Assembly (NCBI GenBank): GCA_040004125.1 | Contig: JBDUBL010000005.1 | Location: 1-52,437 of the forward strand | Reading direction: 5' to 3' | Length of the DNA stretch: 52,437 bases | From: Actinomycetota bacterium | Lineage (GTDB): Bacteria; Actinomycetota; UBA4738; HRBIN12 | Part shown: in pieces, positions 18,566 to 27,268 of the stretch | How positions within the stretch are numbered: position 1 is the first letter of the stretch | Layout of the letters: every line of letters begins with the position of its first letter | The notes under the pieces: model-generated | Told to the model about the DNA's origin: nothing | Databases searched by the model: none | The model's input: the letters and a program-made list of their open reading frames with translations, nothing else | Program-made: the position numbers and the translations under genes

Positions 18566-18665
18566 CTCCCGTTCCTCCGAGCGTGCCTCTCACGCTCACA
18601 GGGCTTGTTACCCGCTGGGCCACTGGCGCATGCATGGTTTGTCGCGGTAACCCGACCCAGGCAGG

Positions 18666-21600
18666 ATGGAGGCGATGGCGTACACGGACGAATCCCCGGG
18701 ACTGGGTGCCGCGGAGACCCCCGCGCGACTGCTCGCGTTGGAAGAAGCGCTGGCACGGGCAACGGAGAGCAGCGAGTTGCTCGTCACCGCATTGGACGAG
18801 GCGATGGGTGCGGCTGATGTCCCGCTCGGGATCATCGGGACGGTACAGGCGGACGGGACGTTCGAGTCCCAGCACGCGCGCGGCTTCGAAGGGGACGCGG
18901 CCGAACGATGGATCGACGGCGACACGGCACGAGCCGTCTCGAGCCTCCTCCGCGATGGGCGCAGCGCATGGCGCGACGGCATCGTGCTGCCGCTGCCCGG
19001 GGCACGAGGCACGATCGGAGCGCTCGTGCTCGCGCGTCCTGCGCTGGATGATGACCGCGCCCCGCGAGAAGGGTATCTGGGCGAACTCGCGAACCGCGCG
19101 GGACGCACGCTCGATCGGATCCAGCTGTTCGAGTCACAACGCCGTTCGCAACACCGGACCCGGATACTGCAGCAGATCTCGGGCGATCTGGCCGAAGCCT
19201 CGACCGAGGACGAGATCGCGCACATCGGCTGCGCGGGCGCGATGGCTTCGGTCGACGCGACGGCCGGCGCAATCGTCCTGATCGACGACGGCAGGATGGT
19301 CGTCGGGGCGGTCGTTGGCTACCCGAAAGACCTCACCCCCGAGCGTGGCTCGCCCATCGACGATCCGGGCGGCTTCCTCGAGGCGGTGCTCAGCGCCAAC
19401 GAGGCGGGCGTATTCAGCTCCAAAGACGAAATGGCGGCGCGATTCCCCGAACGCGCGGAACGCATCCGCTCGCTTCCGTATCACGTGGTCGTGTTCCTGC
19501 AGATCCCCGGGCGCGGTGGCCCGCAGGGAGTCTTGAACGTCACGCGCGCCCGGCCGCAGCCGTTCGATGCCGGCGAGCTCGAACTGCTGCGCACGATCGC
19601 GCGTCAGACCGGCGTCGCGCTGGAGCGATCGCACCACCTGGCCGATCTGGAACGCTCGCTCGTCCGGGAGCGAGCCCTGCAGGCGATCACACAGGGGCTC
19701 GCCCGCGATCGGACGACGAACGAGATGGCCGAGACGCTCCTGGAGAGTCTTGACCTCCTGGGCGCGTCGATGGGATATGTCGGCGCGATCGAGGACGGCG
19801 ACGCGGTGCTGCTGGCTTCGCGTGGGTATCCGACTGCGTCGATGGAATGGATCCAACGGGTCCCGGTCGCAGGTGGCCCCTTGGCGGACGCGGTGGCTCG
19901 GTCGGCGCCGGTCGAACTCGCTTCGCGTGAGGAGCTCGTCGCCCGGTATCCGGACCGGATATCGACCGCCGAGGCCCTGGGGATCCATGCGAGCGTCGTC
20001 CTGCCGGTCGAGGTGAACGGGGAACTCGTCGCGATCATCGCGATCAACTATTCCGCCCCGCACCGGCTGCAGCAACGGGAATGGGATCTGCTCGATGCGA
20101 TCACCGGGTCCTTCGCGCAAGCGCTGGATCGCGCGCGCGCCGACGAGGCCGAACTGACCACCCGGACAACGCTCGAACGCACACTGTCTCGGCTCGGACG
20201 GCTCCAGAGTGTGACGGCGGCCCTGACACCACGGCTCCGCGCCGACGAGGTCGCCGAGACGATCGTGGCCCAGGTGATGCAGTCGCTCGGGGCGACGACT
20301 GTCGCGTTATTCGTGCCGGGAGGCGAGCTCCTGACACCGATCGCGCGGCACGGAAAGACGGACTCGGTGTGGGACGGCGCCGACCGCATCGATCGAGACG
20401 CCCCCCTCGCGGTCGCCGAGGCGTTCCGGACGGGACAGACCGTCTGGATCCCCACCCGCGAGGAGTGGCGCCGGCGCTTCCGGGACGCCCCCGCGACGTA
20501 TCACCACCGGTCGGGCTCGGTCCTCGCAGTTCCTCTCGTGACCGAGGGTGAAGCGGTCCTCGGGGTGCTCGGACTGCTGTTTCGGCGCGAGAACGCGTTA
20601 GACCGTCAGGAGCGACAGCTCGCCACGACGATGGGGCAACACGCGGCGCAGGCCCTCGAACGTGCGCAACTGTTCGAATCGGAGCGGCACCTTGCCGAGC
20701 GTGCGACGCGGATGCAGGAAGTGGCGGCCGCGTTCGCCGCCGCCACGACGATGAACGAAGTCGCCGAGGTCTTGGTCGGTGTGGGCGCCCGCCTCCTACA
20801 GGCTCGTTCGGCGACCGTCGGCGTCGTCGATGCAGACGGCAAGGACCAGCGCGTCCTGCGCAGGTCGGGTGCGGCCGACCTGCTCGACGCGGCGCGCTGC
20901 ATCGAGGCGGGCATACGCTGGCCGGGCGACGACGCGATCGCATCGCGCGGCCTCGTCCACATCCGGAGTCTCGAGCAGCTGCGCGCCCGATACCCGGGCG
21001 CGATCGAGGACGCGGTCTCGGACCCATGCTCGTGGGTGACCGTGCCGCTGCTGAACGACTCCGGCGCGATCGGGTTCGTGCACCTCTCGTTCGATCCACC
21101 CGGCCCGGGTGAGACGGGGTCGCTCGCCCTCACCACGCTGGTCGCGCAGGCATCGCAGGCGCTGGACCGCGCGCGCCTGTTCGTGCAGGAACAAGAGGTC
21201 GCCCGCGTCCTGCAACGCAGTCTTCTGCCACGAGAGCTGACGCAGACGCCGGCGTTCAGTGTGTCCGCCCGATACGAACCCGGTGCGGCGAACCTCGAGG
21301 TGGGGGGAGACTGGTACGACGTGATCGCCCTCAGCCCGAACCGGCTCGCGATCGCCATCGGGGATGTCGTCGGACGCGGCCTGGAAGCGGCCGCCGCGAT
21401 GGGGCAGCTGCGCAGCGCGCTCCGAGCGCTGGCGCTGCAGAATCTCGGCCCGGCCGCGGTGCTCGACGGCCTCGAAGCGTTCGCCGAGCGGACTCCGAAC
21501 GCTGCCATGTCGACGGTGGTCTACGGCGAACTCGACGAGGACACGGGCGAGTTCCGCTACTGCTGCGCGGGCCATCCCCCACCGCTGCTCGAGACCGCGG

Positions 21601-22322
21601 GGAAGGTCGACGTGCTCGAGGAGGGGCGCTCCCCACTGCTGGCGGCCGGCGCCACCGGCAGGCGCGCGCATGCGAGCATCCATCTGGCCGTCGGCGCGAC
21701 CCTCGCCCTTTACACCGACGGTCTCGTGGAGCGTCGCGGTGAAGTGATCGACCGCGGGATCCAGCGCCTCGGGCGTGCGTTGTCGGCCACCGCCGGTCTT
21801 GATCTGGTGTCGCGCACCGATGAGATCGTGCTGCGGATGCTCGACGGGATCGACAGGGACGACGACGTTGCGCTCCTGTGCGTGTGTCGAGCCGCCGTGG
21901 CGGCCGACCGTTTCTCCGTCATCTTGGAGCCCGATCCCGCCGAACTCGCCGGGCTCAGGGCCGAGCTCGGCGGCTGGCTTCGTCGGGGCGGCCTCGACGA
22001 GACCGAGATCGAGCCCATCGTCCTGGCCACAAACGAGGCCGTCGCGAACGCCATCGAGCACGGTCGACGCGGTCAGCACCGCGTCGGCGTGGAGGCATGG
22101 ACCGACCCGTCGTCGCTGACCATCGAGGTTCGGGATCGTGGAGCCTGGCGCGAAGAGCCGAGCGCGCCCGAGCGCGGGTACGGGCTGCTCCTGATCCGCG
22201 CGTGCATGGATACGATCGCGATCGAACGGTCCACCGAGGGGACGACCGTACGGATGCAGCGCGCCATCGGGGCCGCCCGTTCGCCGGCCCCCCGCGTCGA
22301 CGGTGCCCACTCGGTGCCGTAG
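18666..22322 (+). CDS. Multi-GAF SpoIIE/PP2C phosphatase with C-terminal HATPase_c_2 domain
   Basis: Repeated GAF units ending QALxRA; LQRSLLP, GGDWYD, GDVVGRG, YTDGLVE, DDVA; EAVANAIEHG, DRG. Confidence 0.92.
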   Translation: MEAMAYTDESPGLGAAETPARLLALEEALARATESSELLVTALDEAMGAADVPLGIIGTVQADGTFESQHARGFEGDAAERWIDGDTARAVSSLLRDGRSAWRDGIVLPLPGARGTIGALVLARPALDDDRAPREGYLGELANRAGRTLDRIQLFESQRRSQHRTRILQQISGDLAEASTEDEIAHIGCAGAMASVDATAGAIVLIDDGRMVVGAVVGYPKDLTPERGSPIDDPGGFLEAVLSANEAGVFSSKDEMAARFPERAERIRSLPYHVVVFLQIPGRGGPQGVLNVTRARPQPFDAGELELLRTIARQTGVALERSHHLADLERSLVRERALQAITQGLARDRTTNEMAETLLESLDLLGASMGYVGAIEDGDAVLLASRGYPTASMEWIQRVPVAGGPLADAVARSAPVELASREELVARYPDRISTAEALGIHASVVLPVEVNGELVAIIAINYSAPHRLQQREWDLLDAITGSFAQALDRARADEAELTTRTTLERTLSRLGRLQSVTAALTPRLRADEVAETIVAQVMQSLGATTVALFVPGGELLTPIARHGKTDSVWDGADRIDRDAPLAVAEAFRTGQTVWIPTREEWRRRFRDAPATYHHRSGSVLAVPLVTEGEAVLGVLGLLFRRENALDRQERQLATTMGQHAAQALERAQLFESERHLAERATRMQEVAAAFAAATTMNEVAEVLVGVGARLLQARSATVGVVDADGKDQRVLRRSGAADLLDAARCIEAGIRWPGDDAIASRGLVHIRSLEQLRARYPGAIEDAVSDPCSWVTVPLLNDSGAIGFVHLSFDPPGPGETGSLALTTLVAQASQALDRARLFVQEQEVARVLQRSLLPRELTQTPAFSVSARYEPGAANLEVGGDWYDVIALSPNRLAIAIGDVVGRGLEAAAAMGQLRSALRALALQNLGPAAVLDGLEAFAERTPNAAMSTVVYGELDEDTGEFRYCCAGHPPPLLETAGKVDVLEEGRSPLLAAGATGRRAHASIHLAVGATLALYTDGLVERRGEVIDRGIQRLGRALSATAGLDLVSRTDEIVLRMLDGIDRDDDVALLCVCRAAVAADRFSVILEPDPAELAGLRAELGGWLRRGGLDETEIEPIVLATNEAVANAIEHGRRGQHRVGVEAWTDPSSLTIEVRDRGAWREEPSAPERGYGLLLIRACMDTIAIERSTEGTTVRMQRAIGAARSPAPRVDGAHSVP

Positions 22323-22343
22323 GGTGAGCTCGAACACTCACCC
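22322..22343 (+). terminator. Hairpin after the phosphatase gene
   Basis: GGGTGAG-N8-CTCACCC followed by CTTACTT. Confidence 0.4.
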
Positions 22344-22369
22344 CTTACTTACCGTCGAAGGGACCGTCG

Positions 22370-22684
22370 ATGGCGTTCCAAATCGCCGCAGGGCAGGATC
22401 CTCGAACCTTCCGGCTCGAAGGGGAACTCGACGTGGCCGAAACGCAGGCGTTCCTCGATGCAGTGCAGGATGTGGCCGGTGACGGAGATGTTGTGCTCGA
22501 TCTGGAGGCGCTTGCCTTCATCGACAGCAGCGGCGTGCGCTCCCTGCTGGTCCTCGCCGACCGTTTGCACGATGGCGACACTCTGATCCTGCGGAACGCC
22601 CGTCCGGCGGTCCGGCGGGTCTTCGATCTCGTTGCGCTCGAAGCCACGCGGCCCTCGATCCGGGTTGAGGCCGCAGCGAGCTGA
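22370..22684 (+). CDS. STAS-domain anti-sigma factor antagonist (RsbV-like)
   Basis: GELD, LDLEALAFIDSSG with the phosphorylatable Ser. Confidence 0.9.
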   Translation: MAFQIAAGQDPRTFRLEGELDVAETQAFLDAVQDVAGDGDVVLDLEALAFIDSSGVRSLLVLADRLHDGDTLILRNARPAVRRVFDLVALEATRPSIRVEAAAS

Positions 22685-22699
22685 CGAGCGCCTCGTCTG

Positions 22700-23035
22700 C
22701 TACTCGAAGGGTCCGTAGTAGGACGCGATGTCGTTGCGGTACGACGTCTCTTGGTAGAGCGACGCGTCGAACTCCGGCGAGCCCTTGATCCGATCCTTCG
22801 GCAAGGCTATCCACAGCTCTCGTTTCTCCAAGTCGACGCCGCTGATCGCACCTGCCGGGATCATGACCTTCTTACCGAAGATCCACGGTCCGGTGTCGAC
22901 CACGATATAGGCCGCCCCGACATCGTAGGTCGCTTCGTCGATCGTACCGATGTCGCCGTCAGTGGCGTGTACAGCGAAGCCGTCGAGGTCGGTCGTGTCG
23001 CCCAACCCGGTTCGATACGTCCAGACGTCCGTCAT
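22700..23035 (-). CDS. PRC-barrel domain protein
   Basis: VHATDGDIGTID, YIVVDTGPWIFGKKVMIPAG, IKGSPEFD; RBS GGGAGGAG. Confidence 0.9.
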   Translation of the reverse strand: MTDVWTYRTGLGDTTDLDGFAVHATDGDIGTIDEATYDVGAAYIVVDTGPWIFGKKVMIPAGAISGVDLEKRELWIALPKDRIKGSPEFDASLYQETSYRNDIASYYGPFE

Positions 23036-23086
23036 GAACGATCTCCTCCCTTCTCTGCCCCTGTCGGGGCCTCTAACCCATCGTCC

Positions 23087-23112
23087 GTTCCCCGATGACT
23101 CGTACGGGAAAC
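23087..23112 (-). promoter_or_regulatory. SigB/SigF-type promoter
   Basis: GTTT-N16-GGGAAC upstream of the PRC-barrel gene. Confidence 0.65.
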
Positions 23113-23122
23113 CGGGCCCCGG

Positions 23123-23401
23123 TCATTCGACGTCGAGCCGGATCGGCGTTCGTGGCTCCCAGTCGCGCATCGCCTCGGCGAGCTTGACGATCAGCGCGAC
23201 GCCGCCGAGGAGCTCCGCCACCCGAAGGATCGGATGACGGCGCAGCACGGGGATACGCATCACGAGTGGAAAGCCGATCACCAGCCCGGCGGCGGTGACT
23301 CGACGAACGGTTCGACCGGTGTCCGAAGCTAGGAACCGCTTGATCTCCTCGGCTCTGATCGCGATCCGGCTGGGTTGTGTGGTCCTTGGTGTCGTTCGCA
23401 T
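23123..23401 (-). CDS. Small hypothetical membrane-associated protein
   Basis: 92-aa ORF filling the gap, two hydrophobic stretches, promoter match 9 nt upstream. Confidence 0.65.
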   Translation of the reverse strand: MRTTPRTTQPSRIAIRAEEIKRFLASDTGRTVRRVTAAGLVIGFPLVMRIPVLRRHPILRVAELLGGVALIVKLAEAMRDWEPRTPIRLDVE

Positions 23402-23410
23402 CGACCCTCT

Positions 23411-23436
23411 ATACCCACGAATCTCCCCCGCTGAAC
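23411..23436 (-). promoter_or_regulatory. SigB/SigF-type promoter, likely leaderless
   Basis: GTTC-N16-GGGTAT ending 9 nt before ATG 23401. Confidence 0.62.
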
Positions 23437-23442
23437 GCCGTT

Positions 23443-23468
23443 GTTTTGTTCACAGGGAGCGCGGGTAG
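23443..23468 (+). promoter_or_regulatory. SigB/SigF-type promoter, likely leaderless
   Basis: GTTT-N16-GGGTAG ending 9 nt before ATG 23478. Confidence 0.7.
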
Positions 23469-23477
23469 AGCGCCAGG

Positions 23478-23924
23478 ATGATGACACAGGTGCGAGACGT
23501 GATGGCGAAGGAACCGAAGACTGCGGGTCCCGACATGGACGCGACGAACGCGGCCGGCTTGATGGCGTCCTACGATATCGGCGTCGTTCCGATCGTCGAG
23601 GAGGATGGGTCGCTCCTGGGGCTGGTCACGGACCGTGACCTGGTACTTCGGGTGCTCGCGGATCGGCGCGACCCGACGTCGGTCCCCCTGGGCGAGATCG
23701 CCACGCGGAAGTCCCTCTTCACGATCTCGCCCGATGCCACCGTTGCGGAAGCGCAGAAGATGATGGCGTCGAATCGTGTGAAACGCCTGATCGTGACCGA
23801 CGACGACGTGTTCGTCAGCGTCGTCTCCCTCGGAGACATCGCGCAATCAGGCGAGTCGATGCAAGAGGTTGGCGAAACCGTGCGAGAGATCACGGAATCA
23901 CCTGCCACAACGGAGGGCCCGTGA
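23478..23924 (+). CDS. CBS domain pair protein
   Basis: VRDVM, GLVTDRDL, VKRL, VSLGDIA. Confidence 0.92.
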   Translation: MMTQVRDVMAKEPKTAGPDMDATNAAGLMASYDIGVVPIVEEDGSLLGLVTDRDLVLRVLADRRDPTSVPLGEIATRKSLFTISPDATVAEAQKMMASNRVKRLIVTDDDVFVSVVSLGDIAQSGESMQEVGETVREITESPATTEGP

Positions 23925-24124
23925 CCCCATATCTCCTGCACTGCCTCGCTTGCGACGATATTCAGAACGTTCGGAGGACACGGACGTTCTGCTCATGTGG
24001 GCGATCGTCAGCCCGCTCGCTAGCCGGCGCGCTCATCCTGGTGGGTCCCGGCAAGGTCGTCGACGCGAGCCTGGAGGAAGTCGACGTTCAGGTTATCCGA
24101 CCGTCCGTGGCAGCCGCCACGTGA
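23921..24124 (+). CDS. Small Cys-rich protein (CxxC...CxC)
   Basis: LLHCLACDD...FCSCGRS; GTGA overlap with the CBS stop. Confidence 0.6.
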   Translation: MTPYLLHCLACDDIQNVRRTRTFCSCGRSSARSLAGALILVGPGKVVDASLEEVDVQVIRPSVAAAT

Positions 24125-24143
24125 CACTCACGAAAGGAACACC

Positions 24144-24317
24144 ATGGAAATCATCGCAGCAGCGCACGGTGCCACTGCAACCATCCTGTGGATCATCGCC
24201 GCGGTCCTGGTGATCGCCGGAATCATCACCATCATCCGTGGTGGCGTGCTCTTCGGGATCGTCTTGATCGTTGTCGGTCTGCTGGTCGGGCCCGGAGGGG
24301 TCAGTATCTTCAGCTAG
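24144..24317 (+). CDS. GPGG-motif small membrane protein (57 aa)
   Basis: Manual translation MEIIAAAHGATATILWIIAAVLVIAGIITIIRGGVLFGIVLIVVGLLVGPGGVSIFS; RBS AAAGGA; absent from the ORF track. Confidence 0.85.
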   Translation: MEIIAAAHGATATILWIIAAVLVIAGIITIIRGGVLFGIVLIVVGLLVGPGGVSIFS

Positions 24318-24326
24318 AGGTAGCGC

Positions 24327-24734
24327 TCACACTATCGGCACGGGTTGCGGCAGGGGTTGCGGTGGCGCAGGCTCCGGTTGGGGCACGGGCTGGGGTTGAG
24401 GCGGCGCGGGGGGAGCGGGCGACGGCTCCGGCTGTCGTCCCGAATCGATCCCTGCCTGCCGCGCGGCGAGGAGGGATCGGATCAGGGTCCGCTCCTCCCG
24501 CTCGGAGAGGATGTGCGGCCCGTCAAGCTCTTGCGGTCGCCTGCCGAGCGCGATCTTCGGGCGCGGTTGCGTATGTGCCCAGCAATTTTCGGCCGGGTTG
24601 TAGAACGACAGCACGGTCGGGCAGCCCTCGAACTGACAGACACGGCCCGTTGCGAACCGCGTGACCCGGGCTCGGCCGCGGGGCTCGCTGGCGTGCACCG
24701 AGCCGTTCGGCCCCAAGATACCCACTGCATCCAT
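24327..24734 (-). CDS. Hypothetical protein with Cx4C-x12-Cx2H motif and Pro/Gln tail
   Basis: RBS GAGGAGGAG before ATG 24734; GRVCQFEGCPTVLSFYNPAENCWAH. Confidence 0.75.
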   Translation of the reverse strand: MDAVGILGPNGSVHASEPRGRARVTRFATGRVCQFEGCPTVLSFYNPAENCWAHTQPRPKIALGRRPQELDGPHILSEREERTLIRSLLAARQAGIDSGRQPEPSPAPPAPPQPQPVPQPEPAPPQPLPQPVPIV

Positions 24735-24785
24735 CGCACACTCCTCCTCACGGCCACCCGCACCTCGGGCGCCGATGGTCGGAGG

Positions 24786-24811
24786 GTTCCCGCCGCCTAG
24801 GGATCCCAAAC
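24786..24811 (-). promoter_or_regulatory. SigB/SigF-type promoter
   Basis: GTTT-N16-GGGAAC upstream of the 24734 gene. Confidence 0.65.
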
Positions 24812-24813
24812 GA

Positions 24814-24838
24814 GTTTCTGCGAGACCGCCATGGGTAC
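24814..24838 (+). promoter_or_regulatory. SigB/SigF-type promoter facing antisense into the regulator genes
   Basis: GTTT-N15-GGGTAC ending 9 nt before ATG 24848; no credible sense gene downstream. Confidence 0.5.
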
Positions 24839-24886
24839 GACATGCCCATGCGAAGAGGGAACGAGCGTAGATCGCCGGAGCCGACG

Positions 24887-25246
24887 TCAGTCAAGAACGG
24901 CGGGGGCAAGCTCGACGCGTCCGCCGGGCTCGACCGAGACGGTCGCGATCCCCGACAGGAGCGCACGTCTATCGATGTCGCCGTTCGGGACGCTGTGGAA
25001 GGGTCCGACGCCGTTTGCGCGCAGGGTCCACCGTCCCCCCTCGGCGGACAGCGTGAGTTGCAGCGTTGGCTCGTGCGTCTCGAACGCGTTGGCGAGCAGC
25101 TCCGTGGCTGCCAGGCACAGGGTCTCGATGTCCTCGTTCGACAGGCCGAGGGCAGGGCCGCTCGTTCGGACGAACGCGCGGACCGTGATCGCGAGAGCGG
25201 GATCGGTCGGCACGCGCAATTCGAAGGTCGTAGATCCCTCGCTCAT
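24887..25246 (-). CDS. Degenerate anti-sigma-factor-like protein
   Basis: LAATELLANAF N-box but no DxG box; ATGA coupling to the STAS gene. Confidence 0.72.
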   Translation of the reverse strand: MSEGSTTFELRVPTDPALAITVRAFVRTSGPALGLSNEDIETLCLAATELLANAFETHEPTLQLTLSAEGGRWTLRANGVGPFHSVPNGDIDRRALLSGIATVSVEPGGRVELAPAVLD

Positions 25247-25566
25247 GCAAGATCCTCCCGCCGGCTGAGTGGCGAGACGATCTGGTCCAACCCTGTGAGG
25301 GTCAGCAGCCTGGTGAGCGAGCCCTCGGACTCGGCGATCACGGCGAACTCCCCGCCACGTTCGCGGACGTGTTTGAGGGCGCCTACGACGGCGCCAAGGC
25401 CACTCGAATCGATGAATGTCACGTCGGTCAGATCCAGGGCGATCTTGTCGCCGGCCACCTCGTGGACGACGGTCCGAAGCGACGGGCTCGTATACAGATC
25501 CAGGTCGCCGCTCACCGCGACGACCTGCCAATCTCGATAGGTCGTGGTATCGATGCCGAGTTCCAC
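25243..25566 (-). CDS. STAS-domain anti-sigma factor antagonist (RsbV-like)
   Basis: VSGDLDLYTSPSLR, LDLTDVTFIDSSGLG; GGAGG before GTG 25566. Confidence 0.93.
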   Translation of the reverse strand: MELGIDTTTYRDWQVVAVSGDLDLYTSPSLRTVVHEVAGDKIALDLTDVTFIDSSGLGAVVGALKHVRERGGEFAVIAESEGSLTRLLTLTGLDQIVSPLSRREDLA

Positions 25567-25647
25567 ACGAACCTCCTGCCTGGTCCAGATGCACGCCGGA
25601 TGTGACCGCAGCGTTCCCCGCGAGCGCATTTACTATACGCAGACCAT

Positions 25648-26037
25648 ATGATCTCTTCGATCGAACCGATCGTCGTGACCGGGCCCGCGAAGGCTGAGAC
25701 GGTCGCCTTGCTGCGGACGATCGCGGCCAGCGTCGCGGCGCGCCGAGACATGGATGTCGTGGCGATCGAGGAGTTCCGTATCGCGGTCGACGAGGCCGCC
25801 ACGCTCCTGTTGCTCGGCGGTCACGCATCCCGCCTCGAGATGTCGATCCTGCCCACCAACGAGGCGGGCGTCGAGGTTCGCGTGCGTACGGACCTCGATG
25901 GTTCCGCGTTCCACATCGACCGCGCCACGTCGTGGCCGTGGCGGGTGATCCGGCAGCTCACGCGTGGCGCCGAGCTGACGGTCGACGACGGGGGAGCGCA
26001 GGTCGCGTTTCTCGTCGGCGAGGGACCGGAGGCATGA
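25648..26037 (+). CDS. Anti-sigma factor (RsbW/UsfX-like, degenerate kinase motifs)
   Basis: LLRTIAASVA...IEEFRIAVDEA; ATGA coupling to the sigma factor. Confidence 0.75.
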   Translation: MISSIEPIVVTGPAKAETVALLRTIAASVAARRDMDVVAIEEFRIAVDEAATLLLLGGHASRLEMSILPTNEAGVEVRVRTDLDGSAFHIDRATSWPWRVIRQLTRGAELTVDDGGAQVAFLVGEGPEA

Positions 26038-26774
26038 GCCAGGACCATCCCGGCCGCGACGCCGAGGATCCGGTGGTCGCGGATCTCTTCGCGCGCATGC
26101 CGGACCGAGCCGCCCGCGACGAGCTCGCGCGGAGGTACTTGCCATTGGCCGAACATCTGGCTCGGCGCTTCGGAGGCCGAGGGCAGCAGCACGATGACCT
26201 CGTTCAGGTCGCGAGCCTGGGACTGGTCAACGCGATCGACCGGTTCGATCCGAGCCGCGAGGTTCGGTTCACGACCTTTGCCACCGCAACCATCGTCGGT
26301 GAGCTGAAGCGCTACTTCCGCGACCGCGGGTGGGGCGTGCGCGTGCCTCGCAGCGTGCAGGAGGCGACGATGCAGGTGAACCGTGTTATGGGTTCGCTGT
26401 GGCAGGAGCTCGGCCGAGCCCCAACGGTCGCCGACATCGTGGCCCGAACCGACCTGACCGAGGAATCGGTCCTCGAGGCGCTCGAGGCCTCACGCGCCTA
26501 CACGAGCGCGTCGCTGGACGAGCCAGTGGGTGAAGCCGGCACGGTCGCCGGCGACCTGATCGGTGGGCATGACGAACGTTTCGACGTCTCCGAAGAATGG
26601 CTCGCCATGGCCCCGAAACTGCGGACGCTCTCTGAGCGGGAGCGCCGGATCCTGTACCTGCGGTTCTTCCAAGATATGACCCAAACGGAGATCGCGGAGG
26701 AGATCGGCATCTCGCAGATGCACGTCTCGCGGCTGTTGACACAGAGCCTGGAGCGCCTGCGCGACCCGGCGTAG
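26034..26774 (+). CDS. sigF: SigB/SigF/SigG-family RNA polymerase sigma factor
   Basis: DDLVQVASLGLVNAIDRFDP, TIVGELKRYFRDRGWGVRVPR, TQTEIAEEIGISQMHVSRLL; sigF versus sigB naming is arbitrary. Confidence 0.95.
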   Translation: MSQDHPGRDAEDPVVADLFARMPDRAARDELARRYLPLAEHLARRFGGRGQQHDDLVQVASLGLVNAIDRFDPSREVRFTTFATATIVGELKRYFRDRGWGVRVPRSVQEATMQVNRVMGSLWQELGRAPTVADIVARTDLTEESVLEALEASRAYTSASLDEPVGEAGTVAGDLIGGHDERFDVSEEWLAMAPKLRTLSERERRILYLRFFQDMTQTEIAEEIGISQMHVSRLLTQSLERLRDPA

Positions 26775-26778
26775 CCTT

Positions 26779-26804
26779 GTTTGCGCCTCCGACGGGTCGG
26801 GTAT
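26779..26804 (+). promoter_or_regulatory. SigB/SigF-type promoter
   Basis: GTTT-N16-GGGTAT, 12 nt before ATG 26817. Confidence 0.72.
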
Positions 26805-26816
26805 TGGAGCGCGGGA

Positions 26817-27062
26817 ATGAGCGATCAGCAAGAGCTTCGGTGCCCCATCTGCCTCGTTGGCGTGGTGGCCGACATCGCATTCGACCGTGACCCGTCCCGT
26901 CCCCAGGCGGTACCCCAGCAAACGCCCGAGACGACCGAACTCACGACCTATTCGTGCGGACATCAGGTGCCGGGGCGTTCCCTGGCAAGCGCCGACGCCG
27001 AGGCGCTCGATGTCGAACGGCGACAGTCGCAAGACACCGTGGCACCGCCACCGGGCGCATGA
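26817..27062 (+). CDS. Small putative zinc-ribbon protein (CxxC...CGH)
   Basis: LRCPICLVG...YSCGH; ATGA coupling to the CDGSH gene. Confidence 0.7.
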   Translation: MSDQQELRCPICLVGVVADIAFDRDPSRPQAVPQQTPETTELTTYSCGHQVPGRSLASADAEALDVERRQSQDTVAPPPGA

Positions 27063-27268
27063 GCGAGCGACGGGCTCCCAAGATCGAGGCGTACACGAAC
27101 GGGCCATTCCTCGTGCGTGGGCCGATCGAGATCGTGGGAGAAGACGGCACGGCTCTTCAGACGCACCGGGGAACGGTCGCGCTGTGCCGCTGCGGACATT
27201 CCGCGATCCGCCCCCTCTGCGACGGCTCGCACGCCTCCGCCCACGCCCGGCGCTCCGCAACCCGCTAG
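27059..27268 (+). CDS. CDGSH iron-sulfur domain protein
   Basis: NGPFLVRG, ALCRCGHSAIRPLCDGSH. Confidence 0.92.
   Translation: MSERRAPKIEAYTNGPFLVRGPIEIVGEDGTALQTHRGTVALCRCGHSAIRPLCDGSHASAHARRSATR

Noticed and set aside
18608-18633. GGGTAA box upstream of the LEA-like gene (similar -10-only boxes at 28358 and 30002)
   Set aside because: No convincing GTTT -35 at 15-17 nt, so not listed as promoters although plausible
24842-25540. 232-aa + strand ORF as a real protein
   Set aside because: Almost wholly antisense to two motif-bearing genes and has no recognisable features; kept only as part of the antisense-promoter finding
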